Part shown: positions 14,842-23,749 of the stretch, piece after piece
Numbering within the stretch: position 1 is the stretch's first letter
How the letters are laid out: each line of letters begins with the position of its first letter
Source of the DNA: a virus
IMG/VR virus record: IMGVR_UViG_3300036799_000070
Location: 1-43,588 of that record
Strand: one strand, 5' to 3'
DNA length: 43,588 nucleotides
Notes under the pieces: model-generated
Database searches by the model: none
What the model saw: only the letters and a program-made list of their open reading frames with translations
What the model was told of the DNA's origin: nothing
Translations under genes and position numbers: made by a program

Positions 14842-17063
14842 CACTTCTTCCCTTTTAATGCATTATCTATTTCTTCGTCTGAGTACCCAGCGGCTTTTGC
14901 TTTCGCCTTTCTAGCCGCCATGTCATCCCCGCCCTTTCCTGGAGGTCGAGTGATTTCCTGCGCGTTCGGCCCAACGCGCCGATCAAAATCTTTTTCTCCG
15001 GTTCCTACTTCATATTGACTCTTTAAGCTCTGATACTGCCCCCGCATAAGGTCTTTGAAAGCAGCAATAATATCGTCGAGCTGATCTTTAGAACTTGCAG
15101 CCGTTAACTTTTCAGCGAGCCCAACTCGCTCTTCCTTGCTTCCTGCCCCGACGCCTGCTGCTGCTTTAACTAGCTCCGAAGCGACAAAACTTTTAATGCC
15201 ATCAAAAGTGTTCGCCGCGGCTCCTCCGCTTGCAGTGTTCATTCGGTTTCGTATTTCGTTGGTAATTCTGAATGAACCGCCGGGAAGGTTTTTGGCTACT
15301 TCTTCAATAGTGCCGAGATGGTAGTAAGCCGTTTGCAGGGCCGCCAGTTTTTTCCCTTCTGGCCCAACAGCAAACTGTGTCACAGTTCGATTCTTAGAAT
15401 TCCACATCGTCTCGTCATAACCAGGATTCTGCCGTCTAACTTCAGCCATGACCGGGATTCCGTACCGGCCTGTCATCGGCTTGCTTTGGTACTGAGCAAT
15501 TCCGCCCGCAACTATTTTAGTGTCTTCAGGACTGGCCTGTGCGCCCGACTGGATACGTCTTTGCGCAGCAGCTTCAGCCGCACTGCCTTTTCCTTCTATG
15601 TTGCGCTCTTGTAGCTTTAATTTGAAATTTTGAAGGTCTTTATCCCGCTCTCGCGTAAACTGCTGCTTGTCTTTCTGCCTCGCGCCGGCAGCTTCAATGC
15701 CCGTTTGCTGCAGCTCCTTCTTTGCGCCGATCCCTACCGCCTGCCGTTCTGCAGCCGCTCCCAAAGCACGCCCCTGCATCGTCTCTTTTGCGCCAATCCC
15801 TGTCGCTTGCCGTTCACCCTTCCCAGCTTCCGTCGTAGCAAGCCGTTCACCCTTCCCAGCTTCCGTCGTAGCAAGCCGTTCACCCTTTCCAGCTTCCGTC
15901 GTGGCTAGCCTTTCATTCTTCCCAGTTTCCTGCATCCCCGTACGCGCTGTAGCTCCACGTTGCTGCAAACTAGTACGTTCGTAAGCTCCTTCCTGTGCGC
16001 GTTCTGCAATTCCTTCTCGGCTGCCGATATTCATACCAGTTCGCTCTGTAGCACCCGCCTGCTGCGTTTCAACGATTTCTCTCCTCGCAGCTTCACGCTT
16101 CGCTTCCAACTGCAATTTAATCTGCCCATTCCCTTGCGCGATATCTCGAATGCGTTCATCGGTCAGGCTGGCGAGTTGCAATTTCATCTGCGCGGCTTCA
16201 GTTGCCATACGTTCACGCGAAGAAATCTGCTGCTCTTTGAATTGAACTTGCTGCTCCCGCCACTCCATGACGTTTTGCGGGTTGCCGAACTTCTGCATGA
16301 ACATGTCAGTCGCACGCATAAGCACGTCCGGCTTGATGCCCGGATTTTTACTCGCAACCATCTGCATGGCTTGGTCCCACCGGATGGCATTTGCCTGCGG
16401 GGTCTGCGGCATACCGCCGCGCCCCTGCATAGCAGGGTCGAGCTGTTCCCGCCCACGGAGACCACCCGGTGGCGCCGGGGAGCTGCTGGGGGGTCCGACA
16501 CCACCGGGGGCTCCAGCCGGCGTCAACCCCGCGGAAGGCGCCTGCTGACCAGGGAAGGGCATCATAGGTTGTGGCTGCCCTCCAGGCGCCATGGACGACA
16601 TCTGCGGCATGCCCGCCTGAGCGCTCATCTGCGGCATAGGCGGCCCGCCAGGAGACTGTGCGGCCATCGTCGGAGGGATCGGCATGCCCATGGAACGCAT
16701 CGGCCCCGGAGGCGGCTGCCCCTGCCCCATGCCGGGAGGGAGAACCTGCGACCCAGGTTGAGGCATAATGGAACTTCCCGGCCTTGGAATAGCAGCGCCT
16801 CCAGGTTGCGACATAGGCGGCTGCGGAGGCGGCATGCCGGGAGGCCCCTGCATTCCAGGCTGCCCCCCGCCACCCACACCTTGGAGGGCCGAAGGTCCAC
16901 TACCCAAGGCGCCCAACGCCGACAATGCTGCCGCATCACGTTGGGCATTCTGAATTTGGAAGTCATCAAGCTGCGACTGCTGCTGGTTCTTGCGCGCCGC
17001 ATCGTAAGCAGGCCCGAAGGCACCCGCCGCTCCAGCTCCGATCCCGAGAAGGGCTTGTCCCAC
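14841..17063 (-). CDS. low-complexity P/G/M/Q-rich protein with 11-aa tandem repeats (putative internal virion/ejection protein)
   Basis: 740 aa, GTG start sharing one nt with the upstream TAG. The N-terminal ~230 aa are P/G/M/Q-rich. The central region is E/R/T/A/G-rich and contains LATTEAGKGER x3. The C-terminal ~250 aa are more globular. Confidence 0.6.
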   Translation of the reverse strand: MGQALLGIGAGAAGAFGPAYDAARKNQQQSQLDDFQIQNAQRDAAALSALGALGSGPSALQGVGGGGQPGMQGPPGMPPPQPPMSQPGGAAIPRPGSSIMPQPGSQVLPPGMGQGQPPPGPMRSMGMPIPPTMAAQSPGGPPMPQMSAQAGMPQMSSMAPGGQPQPMMPFPGQQAPSAGLTPAGAPGGVGPPSSSPAPPGGLRGREQLDPAMQGRGGMPQTPQANAIRWDQAMQMVASKNPGIKPDVLMRATDMFMQKFGNPQNVMEWREQQVQFKEQQISSRERMATEAAQMKLQLASLTDERIRDIAQGNGQIKLQLEAKREAARREIVETQQAGATERTGMNIGSREGIAERAQEGAYERTSLQQRGATARTGMQETGKNERLATTEAGKGERLATTEAGKGERLATTEAGKGERQATGIGAKETMQGRALGAAAERQAVGIGAKKELQQTGIEAAGARQKDKQQFTRERDKDLQNFKLKLQERNIEGKGSAAEAAAQRRIQSGAQASPEDTKIVAGGIAQYQSKPMTGRYGIPVMAEVRRQNPGYDETMWNSKNRTVTQFAVGPEGKKLAALQTAYYHLGTIEEVAKNLPGGSFRITNEIRNRMNTASGGAAANTFDGIKSFVASELVKAAAGVGAGSKEERVGLAEKLTAASSKDQLDDIIAAFKDLMRGQYQSLKSQYEVGTGEKDFDRRVGPNAQEITRPPGKGGDDMAARKAKAKAAGYSDEEIDNALKGKK
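15809..15940. repeat. 33-bp tandem repeat, about 4 copies (3 near-perfect)
   Basis: Unit gccgttcacccttcccagcttccgtcgtagcaa at 15809, 15842 and 15875, with a degenerate fourth copy at 15908. Encodes LATTEAGKGER on the minus strand. Confidence 0.9.
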
Positions 17064-18010
17064 TAAACCAAACCTCCTGAAAGCGCGCCGGCCGGGAAGA
17101 ATGCTGCAAAGGGGTTACCACCGCCACCTCCACCGCCACCCCCCGACTTACCACCGCCCCAACCCATAGCACTTCCAAGCCCTTGCCCAATTTGCTGGTA
17201 TTCCTGATCCTGCAACGCAGCTTTTTGCAGGTCTAGTTTTGTCGCGTTAAGTCCTGTCTGCGCATTCTGATTGGCCTGCGACAAGTATGCCAAGTAGTCC
17301 TGAATCTGCTGCTGTGGAATTTGCGAGGCCATATTGCCGTACTGCCCAGCCTGCCCGAGAAGCCCGAGCTGCTGTTGATTCATTTGTCCAAAGACGTTGT
17401 AAGGCGTTCCTGCGCCCTGCAGGTACTCCTGAATGCCACCCGCTTGGATGCCCGCGCCCTGCCCCACACCTTGCCCGATCTGCCCCATGAGCCCACCGGC
17501 GCCCTGCGCGCCGGCTAGCGCACGCTGGAGCGCGTTATTCTGCCAGTCGATATTGAAGTTGTTCATGGTCTGGCCCATGACGCCAGCACCGTAAGGTGTG
17601 CCGCCAATGCCCGACGCTGCTTGCTGCGCACGCTGCTGGTCCTGCATCTGCTGCGCTGTACGCGAATACAGGGCCTGCTGCGGGTCGAACCCCATGCTCA
17701 ACAAAGCCTGAACATCAGGCAGCATGCCAAGACTATTCTGCATGAGCTGGCCGCCGGCACCATAAGCGCCCTGCCCGGCCTGCATTCCCATCTGCCCAGC
17801 CTGCCCGCCGCCTTGCTGGTACATGCCGGAATAGGGGTTGTTGACACCCTGCTGCGTGAGGTTCTGGTACTCCCCGAGGTTTTGACCCCCGAGATTGTAC
17901 TGCCCCAGCCCCTGCGTTCCCCTGTACGCTCCCGCGTCGGCCCCCGCCTGATGCCCGAGCTGGTAGGGATTAGGGACGTTGACGTTGCTGGACGGGAGGT
18001 AATTGCTCAT
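17063..18010 (-). CDS. Q/G/N/M-rich (prion-like composition) protein, putative internal virion protein
   Basis: 315 aa from ATG 18010 (ATGA overlap with the GNAT stop). The sequence is dominated by Q, G, N, M and A and ends in GGGKSGGGGGGGGGNPF. Confidence 0.6.
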   Translation of the reverse strand: MSNYLPSSNVNVPNPYQLGHQAGADAGAYRGTQGLGQYNLGGQNLGEYQNLTQQGVNNPYSGMYQQGGGQAGQMGMQAGQGAYGAGGQLMQNSLGMLPDVQALLSMGFDPQQALYSRTAQQMQDQQRAQQAASGIGGTPYGAGVMGQTMNNFNIDWQNNALQRALAGAQGAGGLMGQIGQGVGQGAGIQAGGIQEYLQGAGTPYNVFGQMNQQQLGLLGQAGQYGNMASQIPQQQIQDYLAYLSQANQNAQTGLNATKLDLQKAALQDQEYQQIGQGLGSAMGWGGGKSGGGGGGGGGNPFAAFFPAGALSGGLV

Positions 18011-18576
18011 GGAATTAACCACTTCCCATAAAGGATTTCTTCAGCGTTGTACCCCATGCGTGCGAACAGAACCCAGGTGTGCTTGCTGACCATGCTCGAA
18101 GCCAGGATTTTCTGCACGCCCAGCTCCTTCAGAACCTTCTCATTATCACGCAGCAGCTTGTAGCCTGCCAACCCCAGCCGGTTGGCAGGGTGCAGCCAGT
18201 ACATCGTGATAGACCCGACGAGTACACCTTGCTTGTGGTGATGCGGACCAATAAGTGTAAAAACATAGCCAACTAAGGCAGAACCGTCTCGTGCGGTATT
18301 AACCACGAGACTGCCAGTCCTATCAGCGGCGAGATAATAATCCCAATTGACATCAACAAAAGCACGATCTTTATCAGGGTCGGTCTCATTGAAATGCTGC
18401 TTCAATAAAGGCAAAAGCTCCCCGTCGCGGAGGAGCTTTTCAAGCCGTTCGCGTTGAAACGTCAGTTCAAGCGTTTCGAGGGCCGAGCGTTCCTTGGTTG
18501 GGAGCAGTGCTGGACCGAGTTGCGTCTTGCTTGACTGTGGCGGAAGTCGGTGGGCGTGTGCTTGCATCGCTGGCAC
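18007..18576 (-). CDS. GNAT-family acetyltransferase-like protein
   Basis: 189-aa ORF (GTG 18576 or ATG 18567). The C-terminal part matches the GNAT core by eye: SITMYWLHPANRLGLAGYKLLRDNEKVLKELGVQKILASSMVSKHTWVLFARMGYNAEE (motif A-like N-x-x-G-x-A, terminal ...MGY...). The start is ambiguous. Confidence 0.6.
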   Translation of the reverse strand: MPAMQAHAHRLPPQSSKTQLGPALLPTKERSALETLELTFQRERLEKLLRDGELLPLLKQHFNETDPDKDRAFVDVNWDYYLAADRTGSLVVNTARDGSALVGYVFTLIGPHHHKQGVLVGSITMYWLHPANRLGLAGYKLLRDNEKVLKELGVQKILASSMVSKHTWVLFARMGYNAEEILYGKWLIP

Positions 18577-18637
18577 TCGGACTTTTGGTTGAAAGGCCGG
18601 AAAGCATGTCGTTCTTGGCCATCATCGTCTCCTGAAG

Positions 18638-18680
18638 AAAGGGCCGCCCCTGCAGTGGTACCCAAAAGAGGCGGCCCTTT
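18638..18680 (-). terminator. stem-loop, possible intrinsic terminator/attenuator
   Basis: 11-bp inverted repeat AAAGGGCCGCC (18638-18648) / GGCGGCCCTTT (18670-18680) with a 21-nt loop. On the minus strand the stem is followed by CTTCAGG. Lies between the 166-aa gene and the GNAT gene. Confidence 0.4.
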
Positions 18681-18715
18681 GAGGCTTGTTGGTAGTGTGC
18701 AAAAGCATCCTACCA

Positions 18716-19216
18716 TCATGTGCAATGAAACGCCAGCGTTCCAGTTTGCACAGCGTTGGTGGTTGTGCCCCCATTGGCGGAAATTATTGTCAACGTGTTG
18801 GCGGTAGGAACAACCGTTGCTACATAGACAGCCGACCCAGCCGTAAAAGCCGTTACCCACTGCGCGGAGCATGCCGAAGCAGTTGTGATGGTTGAATCCG
18901 TAAGTGTGACCGTCATCACTGTCCCGGTAGCCGCAACCGTGATTGCTGTTCCTGTAAAAGCCAGTGTTCCGCTTTGCCCGTTACAAGTTATTGCAAGCGA
19001 TGCACTGGTCGCCGTACACGTCGAACCGAGCGTGACATTCTGTGCAGCCGCATAGCCCGTTTGCCCATTGAGCTGCTGAATCAGGGCATTCAGCGTCCCA
19101 ATGATCTGACTAGCTTCGCTGTATTGAGGAGTAGACGGAACCAAGGGAAGGTTCGCCGCGAGCGCAATCGCACCCGAGACGAAGATGGCAGTGAGTGCAG
19201 ACAAAAAGCGCTTCAT
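18716..19216 (-). CDS. secreted T/A-rich fibre-associated protein
   Basis: 166 aa from ATG 19216. Signal peptide MKRFLSALTAIFVSGAIALA followed by ANLP. Then QIIGTLNALIQQLN, a motif style seen at fibre N-termini. The rest is T/A/S-rich with 4 Cys. Confidence 0.6.
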   Translation of the reverse strand: MKRFLSALTAIFVSGAIALAANLPLVPSTPQYSEASQIIGTLNALIQQLNGQTGYAAAQNVTLGSTCTATSASLAITCNGQSGTLAFTGTAITVAATGTVMTVTLTDSTITTASACSAQWVTAFTAGSAVYVATVVPTANTLTIISANGGTTTNAVQTGTLAFHCT

Positions 19217-19258
19217 GGCTTTGACCTTTCTTCGGCGGTTCGAACTTCTTAGCACAGA

Positions 19259-20908
19259 TCAGTTGGCATTGACAGCATCTCGCCATCCATAAGCAAAAAC
19301 AGCCCCCGACACGGATGTGCTGCAAATCCAAATAGATGTGCTCTCCAGAAGGATGCGCCCAAGCTGGTTTGGCGACACGGTGAGGGTATAAAGGGGAGGC
19401 GGGTTCGTGTTTACCGTTCCAGTGGTAAATTGCCCGTACGTTGTAGGACCGCTGGGAGCAACAGCGACCAAGGCTGAATCGGCTCCTGTGAATTGTGAGC
19501 TTGCAATGACATCAACAGCTATAGCGGTAGATGGAGCCCATAAAGGAGCTGCCCCCGTGTTTCCTGCTATGACCTGAGCAGCATAATTCGGAGTCGCCCC
19601 ACCACAAGTCGTTCCAACTGTTCCATTGGCGACTACAGGAAGACTTGCCACAGTCGCACTTCCAACAACATATCTAGACTCGGGACCGGCCTGCTTAACG
19701 CCGTATAAAAGATGCGCTCCGTTCGTTTTCATTGCCCCCATGTAACAGATAAAATTATACCCTGCTGGGAGGGGAGAGGGAGACCCAGGGGGAGGAGTAA
19801 GACTGCCAATCGCATTCCAAGTAGAGCCGGTAGAAATTGCATACATATAAACAAAGTTATTATTTCCAGGACCAGCAACATCCATCCCCCCAGCCCCCAC
19901 AGAACTAGTCGTTATAGTCCCATTCTGCGCGCCAGAAAAAATAGGGACGTTGCCAGTTGGATTAATCAGAACTGAGTTTTGGAACTGCCATGAAATAATA
20001 GTATTAGCATCGTTAACAATCTTGAGCCCACTGAAACCGCAAAGCGGAGTAGTGCTAACGACCGACGTGCCGTTTGCTCGGCTGTAACTAATGACCTGCC
20101 AGTTGCCCGAACCGAGGTACATGGCGATCGCAGTGTCTCCCGAAGCCGTCGTGATGTTCGAAGCGCTCGGGAGGATCAAGCTTGTGCCATTATGCGTGAG
20201 AACAAGAGCAGTTGAAAAAGTCAAGCGGTACACAGGGAAGGTGACGCTTGCCGTCGAACCGAACGATGTGATAGGACTGCCAGCATTCTCGACAAACGCG
20301 ATGTTGTGACTCGGAATCGTACCAAGATCAGGAGCAGAAGATGTAAGAGACGTAAGGGGGCCAAAGCCTCCGTTCTGCGCTCCACTGTTTATCAGTTGGA
20401 ACTGCGTCCCATCATACACAGCCCACACGAGATCGTTTGCGACGATCTCCCCGCCTGTAAGAGCTTGCGGACCAGAAGGCGACTGCCGTAACAGAGCAGT
20501 CGCAGTCGTGCCGTTCACTGCCAGCGTTGCCGCCCCGGTGTTCGTGAACCCCGCCGTGAACAGAATGCTAGACCCCTGCGTCAGTGCAAATCCTGTAGGC
20601 GACGGTGCTGCAATCACTTGCGCATTAGCCGACCCTGTAGACGTGCCTCCGACGTACATGGTCGAGCCGCCCGCAGCCGGTGTGATCGGCGTTGTCAATG
20701 CGAGAAGCGCCGTAATGTCATTGTTATTCCCTGCCCCTGCGGCATTGAGAAGGCACGCCACGATCGCCGCGTAATTCGCATTGACTTGGTTGGCATCCGC
20801 CAACGTGCCAGGAACGAACGTAAACGGCATGGTGCAATTGACACCCGCCGAAGCCAGCGAGGCCCACAACGAAAACAGCAACCCTAAAAACAGTCTTTTC
20901 ATCGTCAT
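19259..20908 (-). CDS. tail fibre protein with signal-peptide-like N-terminus
   Basis: 549 aa from ATG 20908 (ATGA overlap). MTMKRLFLGLLFSLWASLASA followed by GVNC. FTFVPGTLADANQVNANYAAIV and NTGAATLAVNGTTATALL...LTGGEIVANDLVWAVYDGTQFQLIN are typical tail-fibre N-terminal modules. Confidence 0.7.
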   Translation of the reverse strand: MTMKRLFLGLLFSLWASLASAGVNCTMPFTFVPGTLADANQVNANYAAIVACLLNAAGAGNNNDITALLALTTPITPAAGGSTMYVGGTSTGSANAQVIAAPSPTGFALTQGSSILFTAGFTNTGAATLAVNGTTATALLRQSPSGPQALTGGEIVANDLVWAVYDGTQFQLINSGAQNGGFGPLTSLTSSAPDLGTIPSHNIAFVENAGSPITSFGSTASVTFPVYRLTFSTALVLTHNGTSLILPSASNITTASGDTAIAMYLGSGNWQVISYSRANGTSVVSTTPLCGFSGLKIVNDANTIISWQFQNSVLINPTGNVPIFSGAQNGTITTSSVGAGGMDVAGPGNNNFVYMYAISTGSTWNAIGSLTPPPGSPSPLPAGYNFICYMGAMKTNGAHLLYGVKQAGPESRYVVGSATVASLPVVANGTVGTTCGGATPNYAAQVIAGNTGAAPLWAPSTAIAVDVIASSQFTGADSALVAVAPSGPTTYGQFTTGTVNTNPPPLYTLTVSPNQLGRILLESTSIWICSTSVSGAVFAYGWRDAVNAN

Positions 20909-22602
20909 CCCGTCTGTTGCAGATAGCCGAGCACTTGATACTTCATATGCAACCGGCCGATCTTCAGTCCTTGTGCCGATGCGCCCGTAGCCATAAGAGA
21001 CATTCTCCTGAAGACAAGAGGCGCGTTCCAATCCATTCGTCTCGGATATAGCGCATTACCCAACGTCGCTCCATTCCAGTTGGCGTTGTTCCAATTGAAT
21101 TGATTCCAGTTAGTTGGTGCTCCAGAAGATATAACTGTAAATTGATCGAGGGGAACATTGTCTTGATTCAGTGCGGTTATTGTAGTTTTATTCCCTGACA
21201 CCAAAGCCATGTGCAGGGTCGATTCGATGATGCACACTTCCGACATTTGATCGGTATCAGGAAGGTACGCAGTTTGCCAAGCGTAGTATAGCTGTTCTCC
21301 ATTCTCTACAAAAGTGCTAGTAAAGGATTGAAATGGATCACTCTTGAATATAGCGGCGCCAGCACGCTGCAACGTCACCAAAAAACCATTCTGATACGGA
21401 ATACTAAGAGACACTTGCACCGTGTGAGGCCCCGACCATAGCTGACGAACGTCGTCATACCACCACTCTTGTTGCTGAGTGAAAACCACGCCGGGACCAA
21501 AACCAGACGAAAAACCCGAAGACCACGCTCCTCCTACATTGACAAAAAGTCCGTTCTGCACTTGCACTCGATATATACCAAAATTGTACGCTGCAGATGC
21601 GCGAGATGGAACTAAAATAGAAATGAATGGGGCAGTAATACCATCCCCGTCCTTGCCAATGGGGTCGCTGACTTGTGCATTAAAGTCGATCAAGCGAACG
21701 CCATCAGGAGCTAAAAAGAACAGGCCCTTCTCACTGGAAGCGATAGTGTTGGGAGAAAGCGTACCTGTTGCAACGTTCATAGAGTTCTTAGTTAAATTGC
21801 CAAAAGCAGCGTCACCTATAATTTGGTAGATGTTACTAACACCCTTGAACACTATCAACGACTGAATAATACCTCCCAACTGGTTACTAAGCGCAAGCCC
21901 TGCTGAACACGTCAAAGGCGTGTTGTCATCAAAAGTCAAGATTTGTGACGCGTTTGTGATTTGTGTCGGAAGCAACTCATCAGAAAAATAGGCTGCCGGC
22001 TGTGAGTTGGGAGGATTGACTAAAAACCAGCACCGGCCATTGAAATTAGTGATCCACTGCGGAGGAAATACAAGCGCGGTCGGCGCTGTGTTGGTCGCAG
22101 TCCACGTCAATGCAAAAGGATTAAGAACATCGATGACCCCGAAAAAAGCTCCCGCCGAACCGGAAAAACCAGGATGCGCCACGATGATCTTAGACCCGAC
22201 CAGCTCCATGTGCGGCGGGTTCCAATTGCCGAAGTTAGCCGGACTGATTGGAGAATTGGCCGCCGTCACCCCCGCAATCGGGATGAACATCTGCGTCTGC
22301 ACATCATAGCAAAATGGCTCGTCACGCCCAACGTTGCGCGATGTAGACACCATGCCATAAACGCGAGTGCCGACGTTGATCCAGCAAGATATAAATGAAG
22401 CACTTGCAAATCCATTCGCATCAAGATCAGTAACTTTCACAGCCGCAGGCCGGCACTGCCAAAGATTTCGCGTGGTAGGGTCAGGAATGAGATTGGACAA
22501 AGACGACATGGCACCCGGAAATGCTGTCGAAGCATCCAGCGTGTCCGATGCGCCCTTGGGGCTCCATACTAGAGGGGTGCCGGGAAGAGCCACAATCACC
22601 AC
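20905..22602 (-). CDS. tail protein (nozzle / tail tubular B-like position)
   Basis: 565 aa, GTG start overlapping the upstream gene by 7 nt. Beta-rich sequence. The call rests on size and position after the adaptor-like gene. Confidence 0.5.
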   Translation of the reverse strand: MVIVALPGTPLVWSPKGASDTLDASTAFPGAMSSLSNLIPDPTTRNLWQCRPAAVKVTDLDANGFASASFISCWINVGTRVYGMVSTSRNVGRDEPFCYDVQTQMFIPIAGVTAANSPISPANFGNWNPPHMELVGSKIIVAHPGFSGSAGAFFGVIDVLNPFALTWTATNTAPTALVFPPQWITNFNGRCWFLVNPPNSQPAAYFSDELLPTQITNASQILTFDDNTPLTCSAGLALSNQLGGIIQSLIVFKGVSNIYQIIGDAAFGNLTKNSMNVATGTLSPNTIASSEKGLFFLAPDGVRLIDFNAQVSDPIGKDGDGITAPFISILVPSRASAAYNFGIYRVQVQNGLFVNVGGAWSSGFSSGFGPGVVFTQQQEWWYDDVRQLWSGPHTVQVSLSIPYQNGFLVTLQRAGAAIFKSDPFQSFTSTFVENGEQLYYAWQTAYLPDTDQMSEVCIIESTLHMALVSGNKTTITALNQDNVPLDQFTVISSGAPTNWNQFNWNNANWNGATLGNALYPRRMDWNAPLVFRRMSLMATGASAQGLKIGRLHMKYQVLGYLQQTG

Positions 22603-23309
22603 CCGATGTTCTTGGTAGGCTTGAGCCGATCAAAATTTCGGCCGAAGCGACGACGATCCAACCCGACCGTCTTTACGGCCCCTTCGCGGTCACTGACGTT
22701 GCGCAGGTACGATTTCAAAAGCGAGCGCGCGCCGAGAGGGAAACGTTCCTCATCATCTCCCATGTACTCCGCTTGCCGCGTATCTCCTGTGATCCCCATG
22801 AGCAGTCCAGCAGTCCAGCGGATTAAAATCTGGCTGTTGAGAAACCAAGGGACTGCCGTTGATGTTTCCGGGGTCGCAATGTCCGGCATCTGCCGCTGGT
22901 AGCGGTGCGTCACCGGGTATTGCCCCGAAGGTGGGGGCCACAATAAAATCTGCGCCGGGGAAACCGACAAATTTGTGGCATAGAACTGCGGGTAGCTCTG
23001 AAATCCAGGCGTTTGTACCATCCAATCATATTCGGCCAGCGTCACCTGTATCATAGGGTAGGGAACGCCATTTATAGTGTAGAATATGTCATCCTTACCA
23101 TCAACAACACGAGTGCGAAGATAATCAGACGGAAGGTTATTAATGGTATTAGTTGTGTAAAGCTGCGTGCCCATAGCAGCGTCCAAATCCCAATTCATGC
23201 ACAAGTCTTGCAGGCATGAATTGAGATACTGGCCAGACTGCGCCGTAAAACCGGGGCACTTCGCCTCCTGCCTAGCCAGGCTGCATATTTGCTGCGCTTG
23301 CAGGGGCAT
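22596..23309 (-). CDS. head-tail adaptor / tail tubular A-like protein
   Basis: 237 aa. The call rests on position between the head-completion genes and the nozzle-like gene, and on size. Confidence 0.45.
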   Translation of the reverse strand: MPLQAQQICSLARQEAKCPGFTAQSGQYLNSCLQDLCMNWDLDAAMGTQLYTTNTINNLPSDYLRTRVVDGKDDIFYTINGVPYPMIQVTLAEYDWMVQTPGFQSYPQFYATNLSVSPAQILLWPPPSGQYPVTHRYQRQMPDIATPETSTAVPWFLNSQILIRWTAGLLMGITGDTRQAEYMGDDEERFPLGARSLLKSYLRNVSDREGAVKTVGLDRRRFGRNFDRLKPTKNIGW

Positions 23310-23736
23310 TCAGAAGTTCCTCATATTCCGCAATCTCATTCTCGATCTTGGCGATGCTCTCTTGGTATCGCCTGATGTTGATCTGCGCCGTCGTCTTCTG
23401 TTGTTCCTCCTGCGGACTAAGCTTGTGAGCGCCCTTCTTTCCCTTGGCCTCCCAAGCGGCTTGCGACCTGCCGTCGATCCGATTATAGTCTTCAGTCAGT
23501 TGCGCCAGAAGCTTCTTCTCGTGCGCAAGGCCAAGAACTAAATCTTTCTTCTTGTAGAATGCATCCTGCCGATCGATTACCCTTCCCAGCTTATCCATAA
23601 GATGGTTGAAGGATTGTTCGGGCTGCTCCTGTCCAAGGTACGTCTGCAGAACGATATTGCGATTTGGAGGTAGCTGAGTTGACACAGTTATCGCAACCGC
23701 CAACTCGTCTGGCGTCTTCACATGCGGGGTTTCCAT
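23272..23736 (-). CDS. hypothetical structural-module protein
   Basis: 154-aa ORF with a helical, charged C-terminal half. Overlaps the next gene by 38 nt. Confidence 0.6.
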   Translation of the reverse strand: METPHVKTPDELAVAITVSTQLPPNRNIVLQTYLGQEQPEQSFNHLMDKLGRVIDRQDAFYKKKDLVLGLAHEKKLLAQLTEDYNRIDGRSQAAWEAKGKKGAHKLSPQEEQQKTTAQINIRRYQESIAKIENEIAEYEELLNAPASAANMQPG

Positions 23737-23749
23737 AAGTGCTCCTTGT

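Noticed and set aside
15960-17066. 368-aa plus-strand ORF (and other long ORFs) antisense to or out of frame with the low-complexity virion genes
   Set aside because: The biased P/G/Q/M coding sequence suppresses stop codons in other frames. The products are R/H/L-rich nonsense.
19259-19400. Fibre C-terminus as a diversity-generating retroelement target, by analogy with BPP-1-type podoviruses
   Set aside because: The window contains no reverse transcriptase gene, and I did not notice a template-repeat copy of the fibre 3-prime end.
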